A DNA stretch of 64,000 nt from Nannocystis bainbridge (GTDB lineage: Bacteria > Myxococcota_A > Polyangia > Nannocystales > Nannocystaceae). The notes under the pieces were generated by a model. It ran no database searches and was not told the origin of the DNA. It saw nothing but the letters and a program-made list of their open reading frames with translations. Positions 63,979 through 64,000 of this stretch are shown here, piece after piece. Numbering within the stretch: position 1 is the first letter of the stretch; the number at the start of each line of letters is the position of its first letter. The position numbers were made by a program, and so were the translations under genes. The DNA is taken from the NCBI RefSeq assembly GCF_028368995.1, contig NZ_JAQNDL010000003.1, positions 128,001 through 192,000 on the forward strand, in the 5' to 3' direction.

Positions 63979-64000
63979 AGGCGCGGCGCGTCGCTCGGGC

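Overview
High-GC, gene-dense chromosomal segment from a myxobacterium. This is inferred from a MYXO-CTERM/Cys-rich-repeat metallopeptidase, several Ser/Thr kinase-TPR proteins, an AgmX/PglI-like protein and Thr-rich lipoproteins; the style is Nannocystis-like. About 39 plausible CDSs are present, including a polyamine-type ABC transporter, hydrolases, three Ser/Thr kinases, an ECF sigma factor, alpha-2-macroglobulin, regulators, a radical SAM protein, a single-gene hybrid NRPS/PKS (A-T-C-A-T-KS-AT-ACP-TE) with an upstream MDR-family oxidoreductase, and an aeRF1-like protein. I saw no rRNA, tRNA, transposase, integrase or CRISPR-Cas. The most notable signals are: (1) a strongly over-represented bipartite palindrome TGTC-N6-GACA, at least 19 exact copies found by eye, often in 14-bp-phased tandem arrays, both intergenic and inside genes; (2) a mirror-arranged locus of catalytically dead trypsin paralog, ECF sigma, Ser/Thr kinase-TPR, active trypsin and a small orphan protein; (3) a divergent pair of receiver(-like)-Roadblock fusion genes; (4) a ~5.4 kb cassette bracketed by a 90-bp decayed copy of an esterase 3' end; (5) the NRPS/PKS with a Pro-type second A domain and an atypical AT motif. 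All assignments come from motif reading by eye; no searches were run.
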